Positions 31,130 through 39,926 of a stretch of DNA of 64,000 bases are shown here, in pieces; the first letter of the stretch is position 1; the number at the start of each line of letters is the position of its first letter. The DNA comes from an uncultured Candidatus Saccharibacteria bacterium (GTDB lineage: Bacteria > Patescibacteriota > Minisyncoccia > UBA6257): assembly GCA_964479005.1 (NCBI GenBank), contig CAYZJA010000001.1:96001-160000 (forward strand), given 5' to 3'. The position numbers and the translations under genes are program-made. The notes beneath the pieces are model-generated. The model made no database searches. It saw only the letters and a program-made list of their open reading frames with translations, and was not told the origin of the DNA.

Positions 31130-31336
31130 GCGGGCATCGTATAGTGGCAGTACGTAACCTTCCCAAGCCCCCACACCAAACGAGTATCATTGCGAGATTA
31201 GTATAGTGGTAGTACATCACCTTCCCAAGGTGAAGGTGCCGGTCCGATTCCGGTATCTCGCTCCGTTTAAAATTTAAAATACTCGTTGTGGTGTGGGGGC
31301 AAGGTTAAAGTGTGGGTTCGATTCCCATTGTCCGCT
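31130..31336 (+). tRNA. tRNA-Gly(CCC) gene interrupted in the anticodon loop (5' half 31130-31166, 3' half ~31302-31336) by a ~135-bp insert
   Basis: GCGGGCA acceptor pairs with TGTCCGC (one G-U); D arm GTAT/AGTGGCA/GTAC; anticodon stem TAACC...GGTTA split by the insert; loop TTCCCAA; T arm GTGGG-TTCGATT-CCCAT. Confidence 0.55.
31192..31262 (+). tRNA. tRNA-Gly(CCC), complete, nested inside the insert of the outer tRNA
   Basis: Acceptor GCGAGAT/ATCTCGC; D arm GTAT-AGTGGTA-GTAC; anticodon stem TCACC/GGTGA; loop TTCCCAA; T arm GCCGG-TCCGATT-CCGGT; discriminator T. Confidence 0.8.
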
Positions 31337-31419
31337 CAAATTATTTTTTCGTTACTATCCAAAAAGATTGACGAAGTTTCAAGTGCAATATGGTTTTGTA
31401 TAATCTTTTTACATTGCTC

Positions 31420-31448
31420 TTGACAAATAGTTTTACATCGCATATACT
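31420..31448 (+). promoter_or_regulatory. promoter TTGACA-17-TATACT upstream of the GIY-YIG gene
   Basis: Matches the recurring local consensus cTTGACAa-N16/17-TATACT. Confidence 0.4.
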
Positions 31449-31489
31449 GGAGTTAGGTCGTAATAATTAACTATTTCATCACCAAAGCT

Positions 31490-31777
31490 ATGGCTACAAA
31501 AAAATTTAGTCCAACAAGAACAATAACGCAAAAAAACCTCGAAAATGTACCTGGCGACAAGCCAGGTGTCTATCGCATCAAAAACGCGTCAAATGATATT
31601 CTTTACATAGGTAAAGCAAAAGGAGGTAGATTAGATGACAGAATCGCTGAACATAAAGGACAATTCCAAGGTGGAACGAAATTCCAGTATAGATTAACTC
31701 ACAGCAAAGATGCCGCCGAGCGATTAGAGCGTAAAGAAATTCGTGAATGGAAACCGCCTAGAAATAAAGATAAATAA
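31490..31777 (+). CDS. GIY-YIG domain nuclease-like small protein
   Basis: PGVYRIKN...ILYIGKAK; conserved R and E downstream. Confidence 0.6.
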   Translation: MATKKFSPTRTITQKNLENVPGDKPGVYRIKNASNDILYIGKAKGGRLDDRIAEHKGQFQGGTKFQYRLTHSKDAAERLERKEIREWKPPRNKDK

Positions 31778-31780
31778 TTT

Positions 31781-32266
31781 ATGCCCTCTTCGTTAAAAAC
31801 ATACGCGAGCATAGAAGACATCAATAGAATTTATATGAGGGCTAATGCGCATAGTCTTACCGAAAGAATTAATAAGGATAGTGGTCTTGAACAAGATGTT
31901 TTATACATAGAAGCCTTTTTATTGCAAGCAACGTTATTGGAAGGCGTTCTTGTTAATCTTGGTCTAAGATTATTAGAAAGCAAAAAAGAATTAACTGGGC
32001 TTAAAGGTAAAAGATACGTTAAATATGGTTATGATAATGCGATCAATGATTTATATTTAATGAATGCGATAAAAACAAAAGAGTTTAATTTATTAGAGAA
32101 ATATAAATCAAAAAGAAATAAGTATATTCATAATCTATTGTCAAAAAATACGGAGTGTATAGAAAATGAGGTTTTGGATATTCATAATCAGTATAAAGAT
32201 TTTGTTTGGAAAATGATAAAAAAATTGGGGAGATTAGAGAAAAAAAGATTAAGTAAAAAAAAATAA
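31781..32266 (+). CDS. hypothetical all-alpha protein with a C-terminal RNxxxH motif (HEPN-like?)
   Basis: KRNKYIHNL resembles the HEPN/HepT Rx4-6H motif. Confidence 0.25.
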   Translation: MPSSLKTYASIEDINRIYMRANAHSLTERINKDSGLEQDVLYIEAFLLQATLLEGVLVNLGLRLLESKKELTGLKGKRYVKYGYDNAINDLYLMNAIKTKEFNLLEKYKSKRNKYIHNLLSKNTECIENEVLDIHNQYKDFVWKMIKKLGRLEKKRLSKKK

Positions 32267-32270
32267 AACT

Positions 32271-33047
32271 GTGCTTACAAAATTTATTCAAAAATTGCGA
32301 AAAAAGAATAATATGACGCAGGAATTTTTGGCGTCCGAGTTGAATATCTCTCGTCCTACTTATGTTCAAATAGAACAAGGCGAACGGGATTTAACTATCA
32401 CCGAAGCGGAAAAACTAGCTTCTATTTTTGGAATTTCTTTTGAAGATTTTAGACATGGAAAAGATTCTTCAATTACCGCAAAAATTGAAAAGAATAAAAT
32501 CAAACCAAAAATAGGAAAACAAGAGATAAGAATTAACGTCCCGCAAAAAAATCTTAAAAAATTTAAGGAAGTTTTACTTTATGTTTTGTCAAAAGTCGGC
32601 GGTAAATCAAATGTCGGCGAAGCGGTATTATATAAACTGCTTTATTTTATTGATTTTGATTTTTACGAAAAATTTGAGGAACAATTGATTGGCGCGACAT
32701 ATATTAAAAATCATTATGGGCCAACTCCTGTTGAGTTTAAAGCTATTATTGGCAATATGATTCAAAACGATGAAGTCGTAAAAGTTGAGGGAAAATATTT
32801 TAATTATCCACAAAGAAAATATCTGCCAGTTAGACGGCCAGATCTTAATGTTTTATCTGGACGAGAGATAGAACATATTGATGATGTTTTGGCGCGTCTT
32901 GCTGATAAAAATGCTAAAGAAATGGAAAATTACTCCCATGAAGATATTCCGTGGAAAACGGCGGAAAATGGCAAACCACTTTCCTACGAAAGTGTTTTTT
33001 ATCGTGACGAACGTTATTCTGTAAGAAATTATGAAGACGAACTTTAA
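32271..33047 (+). CDS. XRE-family HTH fused to a Panacea (DUF4065/SocA-like) domain; candidate PanA-type antitoxin
   Basis: N-terminal HTH_3 (TQEFLASELNISRPTYVQIEQGER); C-terminal KLLYFIDFDFYEKF...HYGP resembling DUF4065. Confidence 0.5.
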   Translation: MLTKFIQKLRKKNNMTQEFLASELNISRPTYVQIEQGERDLTITEAEKLASIFGISFEDFRHGKDSSITAKIEKNKIKPKIGKQEIRINVPQKNLKKFKEVLLYVLSKVGGKSNVGEAVLYKLLYFIDFDFYEKFEEQLIGATYIKNHYGPTPVEFKAIIGNMIQNDEVVKVEGKYFNYPQRKYLPVRRPDLNVLSGREIEHIDDVLARLADKNAKEMENYSHEDIPWKTAENGKPLSYESVFYRDERYSVRNYEDEL

Positions 33048-33366
33048 TGAACTATCTGAATTTTCTAAGGAATTTAAGCGGTTTTCAAAAAAATATAAAT
33101 CGTTATATGATGACTTAGAAGAGTTTAAGCGCATCGTTGATGTTGTACCATTAGGAAATAGCAAGCATTTTAATATTATTACACAAAACGAGCAATGCAC
33201 CGTTATTAAGGCTCGTTTCTTTTGTCGTTATTTAAAACACTCTTCTTTAAGGATTATCTACGCTTTTTACAGCCAAAATTGTAAAATTGAGTTTATTGAG
33301 ATATATTTTAAAGGCGAAAAAAATAATGAGGATCGCGAGAGAATCAAAGATTACTTGAAAGATTAA
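33031..33366 (+). CDS. RelE/ParE-fold toxin-like protein, overlaps the antitoxin by 17 nt
   Basis: 111 aa; LRIIYAF...IEFIEIYFKG pattern typical of RelE/ParE; translationally coupled arrangement. Confidence 0.4.
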   Translation: MKTNFNELSEFSKEFKRFSKKYKSLYDDLEEFKRIVDVVPLGNSKHFNIITQNEQCTVIKARFFCRYLKHSSLRIIYAFYSQNCKIEFIEIYFKGEKNNEDRERIKDYLKD

Positions 33367-33375
33367 AAATAGATT

Positions 33376-33843
33376 TTGTTATTCTCTCACAGAAAATTTA
33401 TGGATAAAAGAATAATCAGGGAAAAATTGGATTTAATCAGAGGAGAAGTTATCTCATCCGCCACAAGAGTTGAGTTCGTTCTCGGCTATCGCTTAAGAAG
33501 GTATTTTTTTCCTAAAAGTAATAATAAAGCAACAATTCTTTTTTGGAATGTTATGAATACTCCTTACCTTACTTTTGATAATAAAATTAGTATTTATGAA
33601 TCAATACCTTATTTTAAAAAATTGAAAGGTTATCCTACTATTAAAAAATCTTTGAGATTTGTTCAGAGGTTGAGAAATACAATGGCTCATTGGGATTTAG
33701 ATGAAAAGAAAAGCGATCTTAAAAATATTTTTATGTTCACATTAGTTGGGAAATATAGAAAAATAACAATTAACGATAACTTGATTGAAAATTATAGAAA
33801 ACAGATTACTTTTCTTCTAAAAAAATTTGGTTATAGTAGATGA
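33376..33843 (+). CDS. hypothetical protein with an RNxxAHW motif (HEPN-like?)
   Basis: FVQRLRNTMAHWDLD resembles HepT-type Rx4HxY. Confidence 0.25.
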   Translation: MLFSHRKFMDKRIIREKLDLIRGEVISSATRVEFVLGYRLRRYFFPKSNNKATILFWNVMNTPYLTFDNKISIYESIPYFKKLKGYPTIKKSLRFVQRLRNTMAHWDLDEKKSDLKNIFMFTLVGKYRKITINDNLIENYRKQITFLLKKFGYSR

Positions 33844-33917
33844 AGCTTGACGAGGGATTATCTATTTAGATGAAATCTTTTTTGTTTTCTCACTCTTATC
33901 TTAAAAAGATAATATAC

Positions 33918-35000
33918 TCAAATTATTCTTCCGCCGCCTAAGCATTTATCCTTTTGATAAAATACAGCAAATTGACCTGGGCAGGGAGCAAAGACGCCTT
34001 TTTTAAAGATAATCTTTAATTTTCTTTTTTCTGGAATTAAACAAGCTTGCGATAGTTTTTGTTGATAGCGGGTTTTAACTTGCGCATGAATAGATTTTAT
34101 CATTCTTTTTCCTGAAATCAAATGATATGGAAAAACAAACAGCTCTTTTTTATAAAGAGTTTTCTTATTTTTAGTAACAAAAAGTGTGTTTTTATTCTTA
34201 TCCCAGCCTGCTACAAAATATGGACCCCCAGATAATTTTATACCTTTTCGTTGGCCTAAAGTAAAAAAATGTAGCCCTTGATGTTTAGTCAGTATATTTC
34301 CTTTTAAATCTAAAACTGGTCCTTGTTTTTCACCAACCTTTTCTTTAAGAAAGGGACAAACTGATTGGCCAGCAACAAAGCAGAAATCTTGGCTTTGTTT
34401 TTTCTTAATAAAAAATTTGAAACCTTGCTTTTTAGCAATTTTATATATGTCTTTTTTTATATAATTTGCTAATGGAAAAATAATATGAGCAAGATATTTT
34501 TGTGGTAATAAGCATAAATTATATGATTGGTCTTTATTTTTATCTCGCGCTTTTAAAAGCTCATATTTTTTGGTTCTATTGTTTAATCTGAGTCGCGCAT
34601 AGTGGCCAGTGGCGATATATTGAATCTTGTGTTTTCTTGCCCATTGCAATAACTGTTTAAATTTAAAATTAGGGTTACAAATAACGCAGGGGTTTGGAGT
34701 TCTTAGATTTTTCCATTCGGAAATAAAATAATCAACAACTTCTTTTTGAAAATCTTTTCTGGCATCTATAATATAGTAGGGGACATCTAGTTTTTTGCAA
34801 ATGTTCTTGGCGATTTTCAAAGACTCCTTAGTGCAAAAAGGGTTTTCTTTAAAAGGATTTAATTTGTTTTGCCAGATAGGTAGTTTTAAAGAAACGCCAA
34901 TTGGGTTCCACCCTTGCTTTTTTAATAATATTAAAGCCATGGAAGAATCTATTCCACCTGACATTCCAACAACAATTTTTTTACCCTTACCTAATTCCAT
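33918..35000 (-). CDS. mnmA: tRNA-specific 2-thiouridylase MnmA
   Basis: PP-loop VVGMSGGIDSS; catalytic Cys region. Confidence 0.9.
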   Translation of the reverse strand: MELGKGKKIVVGMSGGIDSSMALILLKKQGWNPIGVSLKLPIWQNKLNPFKENPFCTKESLKIAKNICKKLDVPYYIIDARKDFQKEVVDYFISEWKNLRTPNPCVICNPNFKFKQLLQWARKHKIQYIATGHYARLRLNNRTKKYELLKARDKNKDQSYNLCLLPQKYLAHIIFPLANYIKKDIYKIAKKQGFKFFIKKKQSQDFCFVAGQSVCPFLKEKVGEKQGPVLDLKGNILTKHQGLHFFTLGQRKGIKLSGGPYFVAGWDKNKNTLFVTKNKKTLYKKELFVFPYHLISGKRMIKSIHAQVKTRYQQKLSQACLIPEKRKLKIIFKKGVFAPCPGQFAVFYQKDKCLGGGRII

Positions 35001-35470
35001 TCCTTATACTTTTCTTCAATTATCTTTTTTTCTTTTTCTACTCTTTTATGATGTTTTTCCAATTCTTCTGATATTTCAATTTTGTTTTTTAAAAAATAAT
35101 TATAAATCGCCTCTTTTAGGGAATCGGCAGCTAAAATCGAACAATGGAGCTTAAAAGGTGGCAAAGGTTTACCCAATTTGTTTATTAAGTCTTCTTTTGC
35201 TATCTTTAATACTTTTTCAATTTTCTTGCCCTTTACTAAGGTAGTAAGTAAACTGGTATTGGCGATAGCAACAACGCAACCTAAGGTTTCGAATTTTATA
35301 TCTTTGATAATCTTTCCGCCTTTTTTATTTTCTCCGATTTTCAAATAAATATTCATTATATCACCACAAAGAAAATTACCAGCACTACCTGCGCCGTCGG
35401 GATTTTTAATTTTACCCACATTCCTCGGTTTTTTAAAATGTTTAATTATTTCTTTTGAATAAATTGCCAT
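34991..35470 (-). CDS. IscU/NifU/SufU-like Fe-S scaffold or sulfur acceptor
   Basis: HFKKPRNVG...CGD...LGC...HCS conserved Cys triad. Confidence 0.8.
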   Translation of the reverse strand: MAIYSKEIIKHFKKPRNVGKIKNPDGAGSAGNFLCGDIMNIYLKIGENKKGGKIIKDIKFETLGCVVAIANTSLLTTLVKGKKIEKVLKIAKEDLINKLGKPLPPFKLHCSILAADSLKEAIYNYFLKNKIEISEELEKHHKRVEKEKKIIEEKYKEWN

Positions 35471-35474
35471 GAAT

Positions 35475-36641
35475 TTATTTTTTAAATGGAGATATTTTTC
35501 TTAATTTTTTTATGGCTTTTGACAGTATTTTAAGCAGATAATTAATATCTTGTTCTGTAGTCCATCTTCCTATTGTTAATCTCAAAGAACTATGTGCTTG
35601 TTCTGGTCGTAATCCGCATGCCAAAAGAATATGGCTAGGTTCTAATTTTTCAGAAGAACAGGCAGAACCAGTAGAAGCGGCAATTCCATAGGAGTTTAAA
35701 TTCATTACAATAGATTCACCTTCAACATAAGAAAACCAAAAATTAGCATTATTAGGCAATCGTTTTTTGCCATGGCCATTAAGATGAGAATCTGGTATTT
35801 TCTTCAAAACTTCATTAATTAGCTTATCTCTTAACTTGATTTGTCTTTTTGATTCTTTTTTCATTTCTTTTTCACAGATTTCTATTGCTTTTCCAAACCC
35901 TACAATTGCCGGAACATTAACAGTTGATGCTCTTAATCCAAATTCATGGCCTCCGCCGTGAATTAATGGTTCTATTTTTGTTCCTTTTTTAACATATAAC
36001 AAAGCCGCGCCTTTTGGCCCATAGATTTTATGTGAAGAAGCAGTTAATAAATTAACTTTCATTTTCTGTACATCAAGAGGCATTTTTCCAAAACTTTGGA
36101 CTGCGTCAGTATGAAAATATACTTTTTTCTTTTCACAGATTTTTCCTATTTTTTCAATTGGTTCAATAGTTCCTATCTCATTGCTCCCATGAATAATTGA
36201 TACTAATATTGTATCTTTTCTTATGGCTTTTTCTATTTCTTTTGGATCGATCATGCCATATTTATTGACTTTTATTTTTGTAAGCTCAAAACCTTGTTTT
36301 TCTAACCATTCAGCGCTGTTTAAAACGCAGCTATGTTCAATAGAGGAAATAATAATGTGTTTGCCCTTGTTTTGGTTAGCAAAAGCTATTCCCTTAATAG
36401 CAAGATTATTACTTTCTGTTGCTGAGCTTGTAAAGATTATTTCATTTTTATTTTTCGCATTAAGGACTTTTGACATTATTGAGCGGCTTTTTTCCAGAGC
36501 TTTTTTTGCTTCTTCACCAAAACTATGCAAAGAAACAGAATTCCCAAATTTTTCTGTAAAATAAGGAAGCATCGCCTTTAATACGCGAGAATCAACAGGA
36601 GTAGTAGCAGCATAATCCAAATATGTTTTTGTAATTTTCAT
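35475..36641 (-). CDS. iscS: cysteine desulfurase (IscS/NifS, class V aminotransferase)
   Basis: SSHKIYGPKG PLP-lysine motif; C-terminal SGSACSS active-site Cys loop. Confidence 0.9.
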   Translation of the reverse strand: MKITKTYLDYAATTPVDSRVLKAMLPYFTEKFGNSVSLHSFGEEAKKALEKSRSIMSKVLNAKNKNEIIFTSSATESNNLAIKGIAFANQNKGKHIIISSIEHSCVLNSAEWLEKQGFELTKIKVNKYGMIDPKEIEKAIRKDTILVSIIHGSNEIGTIEPIEKIGKICEKKKVYFHTDAVQSFGKMPLDVQKMKVNLLTASSHKIYGPKGAALLYVKKGTKIEPLIHGGGHEFGLRASTVNVPAIVGFGKAIEICEKEMKKESKRQIKLRDKLINEVLKKIPDSHLNGHGKKRLPNNANFWFSYVEGESIVMNLNSYGIAASTGSACSSEKLEPSHILLACGLRPEQAHSSLRLTIGRWTTEQDINYLLKILSKAIKKLRKISPFKK

Positions 36642-36713
36642 AATTCAATCAATTTTAGCACAAAGAAAATGAGTTTACAATTCTTATAATTTCTGTTAAT
36701 TTATATAAAGAAC

Positions 36714-36785
36714 GCCGGGGTAACTCAGTGGTAGAGTAGCTGTTTCGTAAACAGCAAGTCGCGAGTTCGAATCTCGCCTCCGGCT
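36714..36785 (+). tRNA. tRNA-Thr(CGU)
   Basis: Acceptor GCCGGGG/CTCCGGC; anticodon stem GCTGT/ACAGC; loop TTCGTAA; T arm GCGAG-TTCGAAT-CTCGC. Confidence 0.9.
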
Positions 36786-36843
36786 CAGTAATTTTTATTC
36801 CTTGACTTGATTTTACTTTGCTCTATAATTATGCATTAGGGTA

Positions 36844-37212
36844 ATGGCAGGAAAAAAGGAGGTGTTTGTTATGAGAATTAAAAGAACAATCTCTGGACCA
36901 AAAAGAAACACCCCCTCTACTTATGGACAGGAACTTTCTATGGCCAAAAACGTTGTGGAAAGTACATTAAGTAGTAAAAATAAGCAACTGATAGAATATA
37001 TTTTATCAGTTGCTAAATTGAAAATTAGAGGCGATAATTTTTTCGCTACTAAGATAAAAAAACTTTCAGATAGGGTAATGATAAACGGGGGTGTTTTAAT
37101 GAAAAAAACCAGGAGAATCAATCTTTACATTTACAACATGGATTTAAGGTCAACGCAAGAATTGATTGATAAAGCCCGAAGTATTTTAGAGGTAAATAAA
37201 AATGCAGCTTAA
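36844..37212 (+). CDS. hypothetical protein
   Basis: 122-aa ORF with SD-like GGAGGTG upstream; no recognisable family. Confidence 0.3.
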   Translation: MAGKKEVFVMRIKRTISGPKRNTPSTYGQELSMAKNVVESTLSSKNKQLIEYILSVAKLKIRGDNFFATKIKKLSDRVMINGGVLMKKTRRINLYIYNMDLRSTQELIDKARSILEVNKNAA

Positions 37213-37267
37213 TAAATTAACAAACAAAGTAAAACAATACATCCTGCCATTGCCTTACCCTACTTAC

Positions 37268-37359
37268 TTGACAAAAAAATTAGATTCTATATACTTAAGT
37301 AAAGTTTCCCAAGACATCAGGCAGCGATTAAGCATAAGGCCTGGTAAGGAATAAATTTA
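37268..37359 (+). promoter_or_regulatory. promoter (TTGACA-16-TATACT) plus structured leader upstream of rplJ (candidate L10 leader)
   Basis: Consensus promoter at 37268-37295; ~65-nt leader with GC-rich hairpin GGCAGCG...GGCCUGG. Confidence 0.35.
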
Positions 37360-37410
37360 ATGTTTTTATATTCTATCTGTGGGAAACCACAGATTTTTAA
37401 TTATTTTTTT

Positions 37411-37929
37411 ATGATTTCTAAAGAAAAAAAGGAACAAATTATTAAAGAATTATCAGAACAGATAAAAAAAGCCAAGGCAATTTATTTTGCCAAATTTTTA
37501 GGACTAAAAGTTTCTGAAATGAATGAATTACGCCAAGAATTGAAAAAAGATAATGCTAAAGCGAGAGTAGTAAAAAAGAACCTGGCTAAAATTGTTTTTT
37601 CTCAGAAAGGTTATAAAGACGAGATTTCTAATGATGAAGCAAATTCTTTTATGGTTAATTTTGCTTTTGATGATCCGATTAGCACAGCTAAAGTACTTTG
37701 GAATTTTTCCAAAAAGAATGATAAATTTCAAATTTTGGGAGGAGTAACAGACGGAGTGTTCTTAGACGCAGAAAAAGTAATAAGATTAGCAAAGATACCA
37801 TCAAAAGATATACTTTTAGGTCGATTAGTTGGTTCAATAGCTTCTCCAATACAACGATTATTATATGTCTTAAATGGAAATATTCAGAAATTAGTTGTGG
37901 TATTGGAAGGCATAAAAGCAACAAAATAA
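37411..37929 (+). CDS. rplJ: 50S ribosomal protein L10 (start chosen at MISKEKKEQ)
   Basis: L10 N-terminal pattern; followed by rplL. Confidence 0.9.
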   Translation: MISKEKKEQIIKELSEQIKKAKAIYFAKFLGLKVSEMNELRQELKKDNAKARVVKKNLAKIVFSQKGYKDEISNDEANSFMVNFAFDDPISTAKVLWNFSKKNDKFQILGGVTDGVFLDAEKVIRLAKIPSKDILLGRLVGSIASPIQRLLYVLNGNIQKLVVVLEGIKATK

Positions 37930-37959
37930 TTCATTTAATAATTTAGTAATATAATTATC

Positions 37960-38394
37960 ATGGCAGAAAAAAAAGAAGAAAAAAAAGAGGAAAAGAAAGA
38001 AAAAAAAGTTTCTGAAAAATTACAGGAAATAATGAAAAAAGTTGAGGAATTGACCGTTATAGAATTGGCAGATTTAGTTAAGGCATTAGAAGATAAATTC
38101 GGTGTTTCTGCTGCTCCTCAAGCAGTAGCCTCAGCTGGCGCAGCTGGCGTTGGCGAAGGTGAAGAGAGAGCTGAAGAAAAAAAAGAAACAGTTTCTGTAA
38201 TTCTTAAAGATGCTGGTCAGGCAAAAGTGCAAATAATCAAGGAAATAAAGGAAATTATGGGTTTGGGGCTGAAAGAAGCAAAAGATTTAGTAGATGCTGC
38301 TCCAAAAGCGTTAAAAGAGAATATTTCTGTGTCTGAAGCAGAAGAAATTAAGAAAAAATTAGAAGAAGCTGGCGCTACAGTAGAGATAAAATAA
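37960..38394 (+). CDS. rplL: 50S ribosomal protein L7/L12
   Basis: Ala-rich hinge and C-terminal domain ...[12 protein letters not shown]...[11 protein letters not shown]. Confidence 0.95.
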   Translation: MAEKKEEKKEEKKEKKVSEKLQEIMKKVEELTVIELADLVKALEDKFGVSAAPQAVASAGAAGVGEGEERAEEKKETVSVILKDAGQAKVQIIKEIKEIMGLGLKEAKDLVDAAPKALKENISVSEAEEIKKKLEEAGATVEIK

Positions 38395-38418
38395 TACGAA
38401 AGTGTAAAAGCGAAAAGT

Positions 38419-38493
38419 GCGCGTGTAGCTCAGTTGGTTAGAGCGTACGATTCACATTCGTAAGGTCTCTGGTTCGAATCCAGACACGCGCAC
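38419..38493 (+). tRNA. tRNA-Val(CAC)
   Basis: Acceptor GCGCGTG/CACGCGC; D arm GCTC-AGTTGGTTA-GAGC; anticodon stem TACGA/TCGTA; loop TTCACAT; T arm TCTGG-TTCGAAT-CCAGA. Confidence 0.9.
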
Positions 38494-38610
38494 TGGTAAT
38501 TTCAAGTTCTTGACTAATAGTTAAAGGTTGTTATACTTTAAATGTAGAAGAAAATTAAATAAAAAAGGTCGATAAAACTTTAAAATAATTATAATTGGAA
38601 TTTTAAAAAT

Positions 38611-38811
38611 ATGAATAAAACCTGGTTAATCATAGCACTTGCAGTATTAGTAGTGGTTATTATTATGATCGTTCGTAGTGCAGGAGCGCCAACTGATGTT
38701 CCTGAAACAACAACTACTACTGAGGCAGTTGTAGATGAAGTTTTGCCTTTAGAAGGTGAAACAGTCGAAGATGAAGTTTCAGAAGATGAAGCAGTGGTTC
38801 CTGTTGAATAG
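38611..38811 (+). CDS. small membrane-anchored protein with a Thr-rich, acidic tail
   Basis: 66 aa; TM helix; followed by an intrinsic terminator. Confidence 0.35.
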   Translation: MNKTWLIIALAVLVVVIIMIVRSAGAPTDVPETTTTTEAVVDEVLPLEGETVEDEVSEDEAVVPVE

Positions 38812-38825
38812 ACGATTTTTAAAAA

Positions 38826-38860
38826 GACCTGTTATATTTGATATAGCAGGTCTTTTTCTT
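38826..38860 (+). terminator. rho-independent terminator
   Basis: agacctg...caggtct hairpin then ttttt. Confidence 0.6.
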
Positions 38861-38871
38861 TATACATAAAG

Positions 38872-38984
38872 TTATCCACAATGGGACTTGACAAGATTTA
38901 AATGTTTGCTATACTACGGATGCTGTCGTTTGGAAGTATTTGTTAGCTTGCTAATGGATATGGAAGAGTGGCAGCATTTTTTTA
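38872..38984 (+). ncRNA. candidate small RNA module, copy 1: TTATCCACA box, promoter TTGACA-16-TATACT (38888-38915), ~60-nt hairpin transcript ending in an intrinsic terminator
   Basis: No ORF; stem ATGCTG...CAGCAT then T7; a paralogous module sits in inverted orientation at 61018-61140. Confidence 0.45.
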
Positions 38985-39065
38985 TACTTACATAATAACA
39001 AAAGATACGAAGAATTGTCCTTCATATTTTTGATTGACTTTATTAATAAGACGTGATATAGTAAA

Positions 39066-39091
39066 AATGCTCTTAATTGAGCATTTTTTTG
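39066..39091 (+). terminator. intrinsic terminator hairpin in the 5' region upstream of the EPS module
   Basis: aatgctc-ttaatt-gagcatt then ttttttt. Confidence 0.5.
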
Positions 39092-39212
39092 TACTTTGAC
39101 ATTTAAAATATATAGCCGTAACAGGGAAAATTCTTTGTTATTGGAGATAAAAGATAGATTATTAAATGATTTGATTAGTAAAAAATAAATTTAAATAAAG
39201 GAGGAAAGAAAG

Positions 39213-39926
39213 ATGAAAAGGAAGTTAGTTATAGTTTTTGTTTTGTTTATTTTAGTGCTGAGTTTTACTCCAATTTTGAAACACTGGTCTTCAGAATGGG
39301 AATTGAATGCCCCAGTGTTATTGGATAGCGTTCAATTATCGAATGATTGCCGTATATTGTTGGGATCGTATTATTCAAGCGGGGTGATTTATCAGGATAA
39401 TTCTTTTGAATTTATTACTCATTCATCTGATGTGTTTTCTGATGTAAATGGTTTTAGGCCCTATCCTTGGGGAGGAGAAGTGTTTTCAGGAGAAATATCT
39501 TTTTTATGTTCCCTTGATAATTATACAGGATTCAGATCATTTATGATCCAGGGGAAACAGAAAGATGATCATGGCGCCATTGCTGTTCCTGGTTTACTGT
39601 CAAAACCAAATGTAGAATCAGGAGAATTATATTATCTATCGTTTTGGGTGAAATATGATATTCAAGAAGGAGGATTTAGGCTTACACAACAATTCTTTCG
39701 TAAGCAAGACAGCGAATATCCTCATTATGCTTGCTATGGTTCTTTGATTAAAGGTAATAGTAATAAACGCTGGGAGTATGTAGGTTTAATTGTTCAGGCA
39801 CCAATTGATGCTTGGAAAGGAGATCCAGTATTAGAATTGAAAGGCAAGGGATTTGTTTTAGTTGATGATGTTTATTTCGGAAAGATAGAAATAATAAAGG
39901 AGGTGAATAAAGGTGAGATTCTTTAG
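39213..39926 (+). CDS. secreted/membrane-anchored hypothetical protein, first gene of the EPS module
   Basis: Strong SD aaggagg; signal anchor; beta-rich composition. Confidence 0.4.
   Translation: MKRKLVIVFVLFILVLSFTPILKHWSSEWELNAPVLLDSVQLSNDCRILLGSYYSSGVIYQDNSFEFITHSSDVFSDVNGFRPYPWGGEVFSGEISFLCSLDNYTGFRSFMIQGKQKDDHGAIAVPGLLSKPNVESGELYYLSFWVKYDIQEGGFRLTQQFFRKQDSEYPHYACYGSLIKGNSNKRWEYVGLIVQAPIDAWKGDPVLELKGKGFVLVDDVYFGKIEIIKEVNKGEIL

Noticed and set aside
31167-31301. Reading the tRNA insert as a group I self-splicing intron
   Set aside because: About 135 nt is well below the size of known group I introns, and no P/Q/R/S-like core is visible. The insert is instead a complete tRNA flanked by a long inverted repeat.
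38872-38880. Perfect DnaA-box 9-mer TTATCCACA (and its copy at 61132-61140), read as a sign of oriC
   Set aside because: The two copies are part of one duplicated module, so there is effectively a single independent occurrence, about what chance predicts in 64 kb. No dnaA or dnaN gene and no box cluster are nearby. It is kept only as a detail of the sRNA module.
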